This document shows, one piece after another, positions 1-9,054 of a DNA stretch of 32,000 nt; position 1 is the first letter of the stretch, and every line of letters starts with the position of its first letter. Both the position numbers and the translations under genes were made by a program. The stretch lies in NCBI RefSeq assembly GCF_025149285.1, contig NZ_CP102274.1; one strand, written 5' to 3'. The notes under the pieces were generated by a model. That model was not told where the DNA came from, did not search any database, and saw nothing but the letters and a program-made list of their open reading frames with translations. The DNA comes from Hungatella hathewayi (lineage in GTDB: Bacteria > Bacillota > Clostridia > Lachnospirales > Lachnospiraceae).

Positions 1-56
1 TGTAGAAGATGAGAATTGATTTATCGATAGACAAAATAGAGAAAATGTCTGGTTTT

Positions 57-87
57 GCGACACCATATTCACGGTGTCGTTTTTTTT
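57..87 (+). terminator. Rho-independent terminator of a gene lying off the left edge
   Basis: 7-bp stem cgacacc (58-64) / ggtgtcg (73-79) with an 8-nt loop, followed directly by a T8 run (80-87). Confidence 0.65.
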
Positions 88-109
88 GACATTAAAAAAT
101 TCATGTATG

Positions 110-138
110 GTGACAGGCCAGATGAAGTATGCTAATAT
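110..138 (+). promoter_or_regulatory. Candidate sigma-A promoter for the oleate hydratase gene
   Basis: -35 GTGACA (110-115), 17-nt spacer, extended -10 TGcTAATAT (130-138). It lies 47 nt upstream of the ATG. Confidence 0.35.
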
Positions 139-185
139 TAGGCTATGAACAGTAACCGATTGATGAGGTAAGAAAGGAAACGGAT

Positions 186-1919
186 ATGAAGAAGAAAAAT
201 GGACTGGGAAAAGCGATTGTCTGGGGCGCAGCGGCAGCGGCAGCCGGTGTAGCGGCAAAAAAGGCATACGATAATTCAAAAAAGAGACAGGAAGAGAAAG
301 TAGAGAACGTATCGGATCAGGTTATGGAGAACCGCAGTTACGAAGGAAAGAACGCCTATTTTGTTGGAGGCGGTCTCGGAAGCATGGCAGGAGCGGCGTA
401 CTTAATCCGTGACTGTAAGTTTCCGGCAGAGCAGATCACAATTTATGAAGGCATGCATATCCTCGGCGGCAGCAATGACGGAATCGGCACTCCGGAAGGC
501 GGATTCGTCTGCAGGGGCGGCAGAATGTTAAATGAAGAAACGTATGAGAATTTCTGGGAGTTATTTGGTTCGATTCCATCACTCAATAACCCGGACAGAA
601 GCGTGACTGAGGAGATATTGAATTTTGATCATGCACACCCGACGCATGCGAAGGCTCGTCTGGTCGATAAGGATGGCAATATCCTTGATGTGAAGAGCAT
701 GGGATTTACTCAGGAGGAGCGCATGGCTCTGCTGAAGCTGATGAACACACCGGAGGATAAACTGGATGATATGACGATCGAGCAGTGGTTTGCGGACATG
801 CCGCATTTCTTTACCACGAATTTCTGGTATATGTGGCAGACGACCTTTGCATTCCAGAAATGGAGCAGTCTGTTTGAATTCCGCCGCTATATGCGCCGGA
901 TGATTCTGGAATTTTCCCGGATTGAGACACTGGAAGGCGTAACGAGAACCCCGTTAAATCAGTATGACAGTGTTATCAAACCTCTGGAGACGTATTTGAG
1001 AGACAAAGGTGTTCATTTTATTGAAAACTGTACCGTAACGGATATTGACTTTGCAGATGGCGATGGAATTACTGTAAAAACTCTTCATCTGGATGACAAC
1101 GGAGAGGAAAAGGCCGTGGAACTCCAGGAAGGAGATATCTGCATTATGACCAATGCGTGCATGACGGACAGCGCGACTCTGGGCGATCTCCATACACCGG
1201 CTCCGGAACCGGAATTAAAGCCGATTTCGGGTGAACTCTGGAGTAAAGTGACAATGAAGAAACCGGGACTGGGGAATCCGGAACCATTCTTTGGCGATGT
1301 GCATGAGACGAACTGGGAGAGCTTTACCGTGACGAGCCGTGGAAATAAGCTGTTAAAAATGATTGAGAATCTCACAGGCAACGTTCCGGGAAGCGGAGCT
1401 CTGATGACATTTAAGGATTCAAGCTGGCTGATGAGTATCGTTATCGCAGCGCAGCCGCATTTTATCAATCAGCCGATGGATGAGACCATTTTCTGGGGAT
1501 ACGGTCTGTATACGGATCAAGTGGGCGATTATGTGAAGAAACCGATGAAGGATTGTACTGGTGAGGAAATGCTGACAGAACTTCTTCATCATCTGCATAT
1601 GGAAGATCATCTGGATGAGATTATGGCTGATGTGGTCAATGTCATTCCATGCATGATGCCTTACGTAGATGCGCAGTTCCAGCCCCGTAAGATGACAGAC
1701 CGTCCGAACGTGGTTCCGGAGGGATCAACTAACTTTGCCATGATCAGCCAGTTTGTGGAGATTCCGGATGATATGGTATTTACAGAAGAATATTCCGTAC
1801 GTGCGGCCAGAATCGCGGTATATACATTGATGGATGTGGATAAGGCAGTCTGCCCGGTTACGCCATACGTAAAGGATCCGAAGGTGTTATTAAAAGCAGT
1901 ACAGACGGCATACCGTTAA
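186..1919 (+). CDS. ohyA: Oleate hydratase (MCRA / fatty-acid double-bond hydratase family, FAD-dependent)
   Basis: 577-aa ORF with SD aaaggaaa. It has the FAD dinucleotide motif YFVGGGLGSMAGAAYL and the family-typical blocks RGGRMLNEETYENFWELF, TNFWYMWQTTFAFQKWSS and FEFRRYMRRM. The length is typical of MCRA proteins. Confidence 0.9.
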   Translation: MKKKNGLGKAIVWGAAAAAAGVAAKKAYDNSKKRQEEKVENVSDQVMENRSYEGKNAYFVGGGLGSMAGAAYLIRDCKFPAEQITIYEGMHILGGSNDGIGTPEGGFVCRGGRMLNEETYENFWELFGSIPSLNNPDRSVTEEILNFDHAHPTHAKARLVDKDGNILDVKSMGFTQEERMALLKLMNTPEDKLDDMTIEQWFADMPHFFTTNFWYMWQTTFAFQKWSSLFEFRRYMRRMILEFSRIETLEGVTRTPLNQYDSVIKPLETYLRDKGVHFIENCTVTDIDFADGDGITVKTLHLDDNGEEKAVELQEGDICIMTNACMTDSATLGDLHTPAPEPELKPISGELWSKVTMKKPGLGNPEPFFGDVHETNWESFTVTSRGNKLLKMIENLTGNVPGSGALMTFKDSSWLMSIVIAAQPHFINQPMDETIFWGYGLYTDQVGDYVKKPMKDCTGEEMLTELLHHLHMEDHLDEIMADVVNVIPCMMPYVDAQFQPRKMTDRPNVVPEGSTNFAMISQFVEIPDDMVFTEEYSVRAARIAVYTLMDVDKAVCPVTPYVKDPKVLLKAVQTAYR

Positions 1920-1932
1920 TTAGATCAGGATG

Positions 1933-1967
1933 CCGGGAAGCAGAGCAAATCTGCTTCCCGGTTTTTT
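1933..1967 (+). terminator. Rho-independent terminator of ohyA
   Basis: Perfect 11-bp stem ccgggaagcag (1933-1943) / ctgcttcccgg (1951-1961), 7-nt loop, T6 run 1962-1967. It starts 14 nt after the stop codon. Confidence 0.88.
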
Positions 1968-2022
1968 GATTACTTTTTTGATACATCCATGAATCTTCCA
2001 AAAAATGAAAGAATTTTACGGA

Positions 2023-2051
2023 TTGCAAGAAACTTAAATATATGATATGCT
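2023..2051 (+). promoter_or_regulatory. Candidate promoter of the substrate-binding protein gene
   Basis: TTGCAA (2023-2028), 17-nt spacer, TGaTATGCT extended -10 (2043-2051). A 7-bp hairpin ctgtctg/cagacag follows in the leader (2061-2077). Confidence 0.4.
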
Positions 2052-2109
2052 ATAGACTGCGCTGTCTGCCACAGACAGACAAAGAGAAAAGATATGGAGG
2101 GAAAGTAAC

Positions 2110-3783
2110 ATGAAAAAAATGGCACTTGTATTAGCTGCTGTTCTGGCTTCCGGTATGGTTCTGACCGCGTGCGGCGGATCCGGCAATGGGGCAAAGGAAA
2201 CAACAGGTAATCAGGCATCGACCACAACTACAACAACAACCGGCGGACTTGATCTTGCTGTTCAGATCGGACCTGATCCGGAGACGGTAGATCCGGCTTT
2301 AAACACAGCAATTGATGCATCTAATGTCATTCTGCATGCATTTGAGACGCTTCTTACCTTTGACGAGAACAATGATATTGTTCCAGGACAGGCTGAATCT
2401 TTTGACGTGAGCGATGACGGACTTACTTATACATTCCATCTTCGGGATGGCTTAAAGTGGAGCGACGGCTCTGATTTTACGGCGGAAGACTTCGTTTATT
2501 CCTGGAAGCGTCTGGCAGATCCGATGACTGCGGCTCCGTATGCGGCAGACATGCTGTCTATGGTAAAGGGATATGATGAGGCCGCAGCAGGTGATATTGA
2601 TGCTCTTGGGGTATCTGCACCTGACGCAAAGACTCTGGTAGTAGAATTATCCAGTCCTTGTGTTTACTTTGATAAAATCATCACTCATGCAAGTATGGCT
2701 CCTGTGAAAAAGGATGTCGTAGATGCCAATGGCGATCAGTGGGCTCTGGCTCCTGAGACCTATATCTCTAACGGACCGTTAAAGATGATCGAGTGGGTAC
2801 CGGGATCTCATATGACTTTTGCAAAGAACGAAAATTACTGGAACGCTGATAAAGTTACCTTAAACTCCTTAAAGTTCGTTCTGATGGAAGATTCCAACGC
2901 AGCTTACAGCGCTTACCAGACTGGCGAAGTGCAGATGATTAAGGATATTCCGACGGAGGAGATTCCGAGCCTTCAGGATAGTCCGGATTACCATCTGGAT
3001 CCTCGTCTTGCAACTTCTTATACAATCTTTAACACACAGAAGGCACCGTTTGATGATGCAAAAGTGCGTATGGCCCTGAGCCTTGCCGTTGACCGTGAGT
3101 ATGTAGCAAATACGCTGATGATCGGCACGGTTGCCCCGGCAACTAACTTCGTAGGCCCTGGCATCTCTGATGCAGAAGCTGGTTCTTCCTTCGAAGAAGT
3201 AACACGTAAGAATAACGGCGGAGACTTCTTCAATGTAAATAATTATGAAGCTGACCTGGAAAAGGCAAAAGAACTGCTTGCCGAAGCTGGATATCCGAAT
3301 GGAGAAGGCTTCCCGATTATTGAGTATATGACAAATGATGCCGGATATAATAAACCGGTTGCAGAATATTTACAGAGCGCCTGGAAAGATCTTGGCATAA
3401 CCATGGATATCAAGATCGTAGAGTGGTCTACCTTTACACCAACCCGTCGTGCCGGTGATTTTGAAATCTGCCGCGGCGGCTGGGTATATGACTATGATGA
3501 TCCGTCCAATATGCTGAACTTACTTGCAAGCACCAGCGGAAACAACGATGGAAAGTATTCCAATCCGGAAGTTGACAAGCTGCTTGAAGAAGCTCGTTCC
3601 ACGGCTGATAAGGCAGAGCACTATGAGAAGCTTCATGCTGCTGAGAATCTGATTATGGAAGACGCAGCAGTTTCTCCGCTTGTATATTCCAGTGACTTCT
3701 ATCTGCAGAATCCGAAGTTAAAGGGAACATGGCATTCTCCATACGGTTACTGGTACTTTATGTACGCAACCATGGAAGAGTAA
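2110..3783 (+). CDS. ABC transporter substrate-binding lipoprotein, family 5 (peptide/nickel, OppA/DppA-like)
   Basis: 557-aa ORF with a signal peptide and lipobox (MVLTAC-GG), then a Gly/Ser/poly-Thr tether. Typical SBP_bac_5 blocks are present: LTYTFHLRDGLKWSDGSDFTAEDFVYSW, and FKFVLMEDSNAAYSAYQTGEV. Confidence 0.88.
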   Translation: MKKMALVLAAVLASGMVLTACGGSGNGAKETTGNQASTTTTTTTGGLDLAVQIGPDPETVDPALNTAIDASNVILHAFETLLTFDENNDIVPGQAESFDVSDDGLTYTFHLRDGLKWSDGSDFTAEDFVYSWKRLADPMTAAPYAADMLSMVKGYDEAAAGDIDALGVSAPDAKTLVVELSSPCVYFDKIITHASMAPVKKDVVDANGDQWALAPETYISNGPLKMIEWVPGSHMTFAKNENYWNADKVTLNSLKFVLMEDSNAAYSAYQTGEVQMIKDIPTEEIPSLQDSPDYHLDPRLATSYTIFNTQKAPFDDAKVRMALSLAVDREYVANTLMIGTVAPATNFVGPGISDAEAGSSFEEVTRKNNGGDFFNVNNYEADLEKAKELLAEAGYPNGEGFPIIEYMTNDAGYNKPVAEYLQSAWKDLGITMDIKIVEWSTFTPTRRAGDFEICRGGWVYDYDDPSNMLNLLASTSGNNDGKYSNPEVDKLLEEARSTADKAEHYEKLHAAENLIMEDAAVSPLVYSSDFYLQNPKLKGTWHSPYGYWYFMYATMEE

Positions 3784-3825
3784 TCAAAGATAAGAGACAT
3801 CGCAGATTTACAGAAATATAGAAAG

Positions 3826-3869
3826 GGTTCCGCCACTATTCAGACATTGTGGCGGGACCTTTTTCTTTT
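3826..3869 (+). terminator. Rho-independent terminator, possibly bidirectional between convergent genes
   Basis: Stem ggttccgccac (3826-3836) / gtggcgggacc (3849-3859) with one G-U pair, 12-nt loop, then tttttctttt (3860-3869). It sits between the + SBP gene and the - DUF436 gene. Confidence 0.8.
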
Positions 3870-3938
3870 GGCGGGAATGTCGGCCCTGCAGTCGTATATG
3901 CTGCCTTCGGGGAGGTACATCCCACTCTAAGGATAGTA

Positions 3939-4499
3939 TCACATGAGTTCAGGATCGTAATGCGCCCGCTCTCCGCCGATAAATTTAGGCCTGGTTCTTG
4001 CGCAGACGACACGGGCGGCACCTACGTACCTGGTCGTGATGCGCACCGGAACCGCCACCGGTTTTAAATGCATGCCAATCAGGGTGTCTCCGATATCAAT
4101 GCCGGCTGCGGCCTGGATATGTTCGACTGCCACCGGATGCCGTAACGTCCGGTAAGCGGCTGTGGCAAAAGAACCGCCGGCCTTTAACTGGGGAACTGCG
4201 TTCACCGGTTCATAGCCATAGCGTGCGGCAGCTTCCGCTTCCAGAATCAGGGCACGGTTTAAGTGTTCGCAGCACTGGGCAGCCACGTCAATGCCGTGTG
4301 ACGACATAACCTGATAAACAGCGGTGAATACAGCCTCGCCGATCTCTTCACTGGAGTGGGATCCGATGCGGTATTCCGCAATTTCACTGGAAGAGCAGCC
4401 GATCACTACAAGATCGTGTTCTTTCAGATGAGCTGCCTCCAACAATTCCGCGGCGGCATCGGCCGCCTGCTTACTGATATCTTCTAACATGAATTTCAC
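3939..4499 (-). CDS. TIGR01440 / UPF0340 (DUF436, YwlG-like) family protein
   Basis: 186-aa ORF. Its size and the blocks LVVIGCSSSEI, HLNRALI and IGDTLIGMHLK resemble the conserved Firmicute YwlG family. Recognised from memory, not searched. Confidence 0.72.
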   Translation of the reverse strand: MKFMLEDISKQAADAAAELLEAAHLKEHDLVVIGCSSSEIAEYRIGSHSSEEIGEAVFTAVYQVMSSHGIDVAAQCCEHLNRALILEAEAAARYGYEPVNAVPQLKAGGSFATAAYRTLRHPVAVEHIQAAAGIDIGDTLIGMHLKPVAVPVRITTRYVGAARVVCARTRPKFIGGERAHYDPELM

Positions 4500-4520
4500 A
4501 CTTTCTTTCTGCGTTTATCA

Positions 4521-4940
4521 TTATAATGCGGCGCGGATCGCAACGGCCATATCTTCATACTCCTCATCGGTCAAGTAGACCTTGTCCGGATTCATGGCAA
4601 AGGTTCCGCCCCATTCATCCCCGCCATTATACTTGGGAACAATATGCATATGGAGATGGCAGCCGGTATCGCCGTAAGCGCCATAATTAACCTTGTCCGG
4701 CTGGAATACCTTGTGTACCGCCCTGGAAACCTTTGCAACATCTGCAAAAAATGCGCTGCGCTCGTCATCGCTGATATCGATCATCTCACTGACATGGTCT
4801 TTGTACGCGAGAATGACTCTGCCGCGTTTGCTCTGTTCCTTAAATAAATATAAAAAACCTGTTTCCATTTCGCAGACCGGATAACCAAATTTGGCAACCA
4901 GTTCTCCCTGCATACAGTATGCGCAATTCGGATCTTTCAT
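4521..4940 (-). CDS. HIT (histidine triad) family protein
   Basis: 139-aa ORF with N-terminal CxxC (CAYC) and the histidine-triad motif GCHLHMHIVP. It lies 21 nt upstream of the DUF436 gene on the same strand, so the two are probably an operon. Confidence 0.88.
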   Translation of the reverse strand: MKDPNCAYCMQGELVAKFGYPVCEMETGFLYLFKEQSKRGRVILAYKDHVSEMIDISDDERSAFFADVAKVSRAVHKVFQPDKVNYGAYGDTGCHLHMHIVPKYNGGDEWGGTFAMNPDKVYLTDEEYEDMAVAIRAAL

Positions 4941-4981
4941 AATATTAGTACCTTCTTTCTTATATTTTTATTATTCTGGCT

Positions 4982-5851
4982 CTATTTTATCAAACTAGAG
5001 TGGGGATGGGAAGAGGGCAGATCGTTAACTTTCTCAATATAGAGATTAAACAGCAGGTCAAAAAAGTAACTGACACCGTATCGGGTATATACATTTTGAA
5101 TTCCCTCGGTAATGCGGTCACTGGAATGGAATTTGTGACTGAGATAAATGACACTGTCATAGCAGGATTCAAATTTTTCGGAATGGTTGAGGGTAATCAG
5201 TACTTTGTGGGCGTGAACGTTCTGCAGATCAGTGAGTGTGGCGATAGCGTAATTACCGGTAGTGGAGGTGACAATGACCAAATCCTCAGGTTTAAGATTC
5301 CGAAGGAGATTTGTATCGGGGTAGGCGTCGGTAACAATTCGAATCAGCTTGCCGATGGCAGCCAGTCCCTGCTGCAGTACTCTTGCCGGAAAGCTTGAGA
5401 GATCTGCGGCCAGGATGACGACCTGTTCACTGTCATGAATGCGTTTGACGAGAACCTCCAGATTTTGAGAGGCAAACATCTCATTCATATCCTGCATCAT
5501 GTCATCCATGGACAGGCGAAGATACTGATCAAATTCCGGATGACAGGCGTAGTGAACAAACGCATCCATGTGCTGCCGGGTTATCGGTGCGTTCTGCTTC
5601 ATCGCAGTAAAACTCTCATAGCCGATTAGCTTGGCAAATCGTTGAATACTGCTGCGGGAAACGTAACATTCCTCTGCCACATCATAGATACTCAGTTTTT
5701 TTAATTCATGAAAATGTTCCAGCAGGTACCTTGCCAACACCAGATTGGTGTCGTCATCTTCATTGGAATTCAGGACTGCCAATAAAGATGTCATCAAATT
5801 AAAATAACTCAAACTAAAATTGTTTTGGATTTTATCTGTGCTCATAGCCAA
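4982..5851 (-). CDS. MurR/RpiR family transcriptional regulator (N-terminal HTH_6 + C-terminal SIS phosphosugar-binding domain)
   Basis: 289-aa ORF with the HTH segment SIYDVAEECYVSRSSIQRFAKLIGY and a SIS-like half (VVILAADLSS...IVTSTTGN). It is divergent from the GH1/PTS operon. The track start is TTG at 5851; ATG at 5845 is an alternative. Confidence 0.85.
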   Translation of the reverse strand: MAMSTDKIQNNFSLSYFNLMTSLLAVLNSNEDDDTNLVLARYLLEHFHELKKLSIYDVAEECYVSRSSIQRFAKLIGYESFTAMKQNAPITRQHMDAFVHYACHPEFDQYLRLSMDDMMQDMNEMFASQNLEVLVKRIHDSEQVVILAADLSSFPARVLQQGLAAIGKLIRIVTDAYPDTNLLRNLKPEDLVIVTSTTGNYAIATLTDLQNVHAHKVLITLNHSEKFESCYDSVIYLSHKFHSSDRITEGIQNVYTRYGVSYFFDLLFNLYIEKVNDLPSSHPHSSLIK

Positions 5852-5969
5852 ATCATATCACAGGTTTTTTATTCTGTCATCGGTATTCACAATAAATTCT
5901 TTTGTAATCTCCTGAAAATGCAGTAATTTTAACAAAATATGGATTCAAATCTTGCACCCCATCGTTTTC

Positions 5970-6006
5970 TTACCTTTGTTACACTGGTTATATGAAACAA
6001 AGGTAA
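5970..6006. promoter_or_regulatory. Perfect 11-bp inverted repeat in the rpiR / GH1-PTS divergent region (candidate operator or leader hairpin)
   Basis: ttacctttgtt (5970-5980) and aacaaaggtaa (5996-6006) are exact reverse complements separated by 15 nt. It ends 35 nt before the GH1 start codon and no T-run follows. Confidence 0.35.
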
Positions 6007-6041
6007 AAACGGAACACAAATTTTGAAAGGGGACATAATTT

Positions 6042-7517
6042 ATGAAGTATTCAAAGAATCCGGTATTTCCAGAAGGCTTTCTGTGGGGAGCCTCCAGCGC
6101 TGCATGGCAGGTAGAGGGGGCGACTGCCGAGGATGGCCGCACTCCTGCGATTATCGATCTGAATTCTCAGACCAAAAAGCCTTATGCAGATAATTCGGTG
6201 GCATCTGATCACTACCACCATTATAAAGAGGACGTGGCTCTGATGAAGGAATGCGGGTTTACCAGCTACCGTTTTTCTATTTCCTGGTCCCGTGTTATTC
6301 CTGCAGCGGATCGTAAGGTAAACCCTATGGGAATCGCCTTTTATAACAATCTGATCAACGAACTGCTGGCAGCGGGGATTACTCCCATTGTCACACTGTA
6401 TCACTATGATATGCCCTGCTGGGTCGATGAGAAATACGGCGGCTGGCATAACCGGGCCATTATTGATGAATTCGATTATTACTGCCATGTCTGCTTTGAG
6501 AACTTCGGTGACCGTGTAAAATACTGGCTGTCCATCAATGAGCAGAATATGCAGATTGTCTATGGCGACTGGTTAGGCGTATCCAGGGGGTGCACAGACT
6601 GGTTCAGGGAAAAGTGGCAGATCAATCACATTATGAATTTATGCCATTCCAAAGCCGTTATTGCCTGTCATGAGCTGGTAAAAGACGGAAAGATCGGTCC
6701 GGTGCCGGGATATGTACCGATTTATCCTTACTCCTGCCGGCCTGAAGACCAGATTGGCGCAATGAATGCGGAAGAACTGACACAGAAAATATGGGATGAC
6801 TTATATGTATTCCGCGAGTACAGCAGTTTCGTAAAAAATTACTGGAAAGAAAATGATATTGATCCGGACATTCGTCCCGGAGACATGGAACTGATTGGCC
6901 AGGCGAAAATCGATTTTATCGCGGTTAACTGCTATCGGTCGGATGTGGGAATGGCACCTGATGACAGCTATAAGCAGGAAATTGGTCTGAATAAATCCGG
7001 GATCAAGGGTGAATTCGTATATCCCAACCTGCCGGGCGAATATGCGCTGGCCAGAAATCCATACGTAGAAGTGACGGATTGGGACTGGCATATTGATCCT
7101 GTCTGCATGCGCTATGCACTGCGTTATCTGTGGGATCATTACCATCTGCCCATGGTTATCACGGAAGCAGGTTTTGGTGCTCATGAGGATGTGGGAGAAG
7201 ATGGTAAGATTCATGACCAGGCCCGTATTGATTATCTCAGAGAGTATGTTTATAATGTAGGTCTGGCAATTGAGGATGGGGTAGAGGTGTTCGGGTTTAA
7301 TCCCTGGTCTTTTACGGATCTTCTCAGCACCGGAAATGGTATGGCAAAACGTTATGGTCTGGTCTTTGTAAACAGGACAGACGATGATTTAAGGGATCTG
7401 AAGCGGATAAAAAAGGACTCGTTTGACTGGTATTCTGTGTTAATACGTTCTAACGGCCAGGAATGGGGAACCGATATGTCACAGTGGCGTGATTTTGCCA
7501 AAGATAAGGCAGAATAA
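6042..7517 (+). CDS. Glycoside hydrolase family 1, 6-phospho-beta-glucosidase
   Basis: 491-aa ORF starting FPEGFLWGASSAAWQVEGA. The acid/base motif is SINEQN (Glu codon 6540-6542) and the nucleophile motif is ITEAG (Glu codon 7164-7166). The C-terminal phosphate-binding block WSFTDLLS...AKRYGLVFV is typical of the phospho-specific enzymes. Confidence 0.9.
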   Translation: MKYSKNPVFPEGFLWGASSAAWQVEGATAEDGRTPAIIDLNSQTKKPYADNSVASDHYHHYKEDVALMKECGFTSYRFSISWSRVIPAADRKVNPMGIAFYNNLINELLAAGITPIVTLYHYDMPCWVDEKYGGWHNRAIIDEFDYYCHVCFENFGDRVKYWLSINEQNMQIVYGDWLGVSRGCTDWFREKWQINHIMNLCHSKAVIACHELVKDGKIGPVPGYVPIYPYSCRPEDQIGAMNAEELTQKIWDDLYVFREYSSFVKNYWKENDIDPDIRPGDMELIGQAKIDFIAVNCYRSDVGMAPDDSYKQEIGLNKSGIKGEFVYPNLPGEYALARNPYVEVTDWDWHIDPVCMRYALRYLWDHYHLPMVITEAGFGAHEDVGEDGKIHDQARIDYLREYVYNVGLAIEDGVEVFGFNPWSFTDLLSTGNGMAKRYGLVFVNRTDDDLRDLKRIKKDSFDWYSVLIRSNGQEWGTDMSQWRDFAKDKAE

Positions 7518-7538
7518 ACAGAAGGAGGGGGTACCGAT

Positions 7539-8924
7539 ATGGCGAAAAAGAATTATGCGGCAATATGCAGCTCTATCATTGCGGTATGTGGCGGTGAAGA
7601 TAATATATCCAGTGTCAGTCACTGTATGACTCGTTTACGCGTACAGCTTTTTGATGGAAACAAATTAAACAGAGAGAAAGCGGGGAAAATTCCAGGTGTT
7701 CTGAACCTGGTGATACAAAATGGTGAATATCAGTTTGTTATCGGACAGGATGTTCCAAATCTGTATGCGGAATTTATCAAACGCGAGGGGATCAAGACAA
7801 GCGGAGAAGTGGCGGATGCCGCTGCATTAAAACAGGATACGGAAGCGAAGAAGGGGAATGTAATGAATACCGTGATGTCCTTTATCGGCGGAACCTTTTC
7901 TCCGGTTATTCCGGTGTTAATTGCCGGGGGGCTTACCGGCGCCGTATTGACACTGTTGACTACGCTGTTCGGAGTATCCACAGAGTCCGGTACTTATACG
8001 GTAATCTATGCAATCAATCAGGCGACTTTTTATTTCCTTCCGATTTTCATCGGTTTTTCCGCGGCAAGCAGGTTGAAGTCCAACGGATTTTTAGGCGCCT
8101 TTTTGGGAGCAATCCTGCTGTTTTCTACTATTAATAACGTGGAGGGACTTAATTTCCTCGGGATTCCTATTCAACAGATCAGTTATAATTCCACGGTATT
8201 TCCAGTTATCCTGGGCGTGCTCTTTATGGCGGTCATTTACCGTTTTCTTTCCAGAGTGGTTCCCGTGTATCTGCGGACGATCTTTGTACCGCTGATTACG
8301 ATGCTGATTACAGTGCCTGTCACTTTGATTGTATTAGGGCCGATCGGCAACCTGATGGGAACCTGGCTGGCAAATGGTGTATTTGCCATCTACCGCGCGG
8401 CTCCTCCTGTTGCTGTTATGATTATCGGAATTACGACGCCGCTGATGGTGTTCTTTGGTATGAATAATGCGACTTATCCCATCGTATTTGCTCTGCTGGC
8501 GGAGGTCGGCTCAGACCCGCTGATCTGCACCGGTATGGCGCCGGCCAATGTAGCTGTAGGGGGAGCCTGTCTGGCGGCTGCACTGATTGCAAAGGACGTG
8601 AATGACCGGAGTGTGGCTACCGGTGCGGGTATTACTGCACTATGCGGAATTACTGAGCCGGGAGTCTATGGAGTATTGTTTACTAAGAAATATCCGTTGA
8701 TCGGCGCCATGGCCGGAGGCGGAATCGGCGGATTGCTGGGCGGTCTGGCTGGTATGACGCAGTACGTGATCTCCACTCCGGGATTTATCTCAATTCCTGC
8801 ATACATCAATCCTGATGGTACTTCGTCCAACCTGATATGGGCTATGGCAGTCATGATTCTTGCAGTAGCGGTTGCTTTTGGTGTTACTTACGTATTAGGC
8901 AGAAGAATGGAGAAACAGAGTTAG
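7539..8924 (+). CDS. PTS glucose/glucoside-family EIIBC component (no EIIA domain)
   Basis: 461-aa ORF. The N-terminal EIIB domain has the phospho-cysteine motif SHCMTRLR, followed by a polytopic EIIC domain. It starts 21 nt after the GH1 gene with SD aggaggggg. Confidence 0.9.
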   Translation: MAKKNYAAICSSIIAVCGGEDNISSVSHCMTRLRVQLFDGNKLNREKAGKIPGVLNLVIQNGEYQFVIGQDVPNLYAEFIKREGIKTSGEVADAAALKQDTEAKKGNVMNTVMSFIGGTFSPVIPVLIAGGLTGAVLTLLTTLFGVSTESGTYTVIYAINQATFYFLPIFIGFSAASRLKSNGFLGAFLGAILLFSTINNVEGLNFLGIPIQQISYNSTVFPVILGVLFMAVIYRFLSRVVPVYLRTIFVPLITMLITVPVTLIVLGPIGNLMGTWLANGVFAIYRAAPPVAVMIIGITTPLMVFFGMNNATYPIVFALLAEVGSDPLICTGMAPANVAVGGACLAAALIAKDVNDRSVATGAGITALCGITEPGVYGVLFTKKYPLIGAMAGGGIGGLLGGLAGMTQYVISTPGFISIPAYINPDGTSSNLIWAMAVMILAVAVAFGVTYVLGRRMEKQS

Positions 8925-8931
8925 AGTGTGA

Positions 8932-8992
8932 CAGTTCAGCCTTCACTTCCGGCAGCCGCTGTCCGGTCCTGCCGGAAGTGAAGGCTGAACTG
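8932..8992 (+). terminator. Long perfect hairpin after the PTS gene (terminator-like but lacking a U-tract)
   Basis: 24-bp perfect stem cagttcagccttcacttccggcag (8932-8955) / ctgccggaagtgaaggctgaactg (8969-8992) with a 13-nt loop. It begins 8 nt after the stop codon and is followed by ctgcgtcgg, with no T-run. Confidence 0.45.
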
Positions 8993-9025
8993 CTGCGTCG
9001 GATCAATGGGTCCCTGTCGTGCTGC

Positions 9026-9054
9026 TGGACATTAAAAAAACGGTATGCTATGAT
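9026..9054 (+). promoter_or_regulatory. Candidate promoter of the MerR-family gene
   Basis: TGGACA (9026-9031), 17-nt spacer, TATGAT (9049-9054). Confidence 0.4.

Noticed and set aside
5852-6041. A BglG/LicT-type RAT-terminator leader or a CcpA cre site upstream of the GH1/PTS operon.
   Set aside because: No terminator with a T-run is present. The closest cre-like string, tgaaaatgcagtaa, lacks the central CG. No antiterminator gene is nearby.
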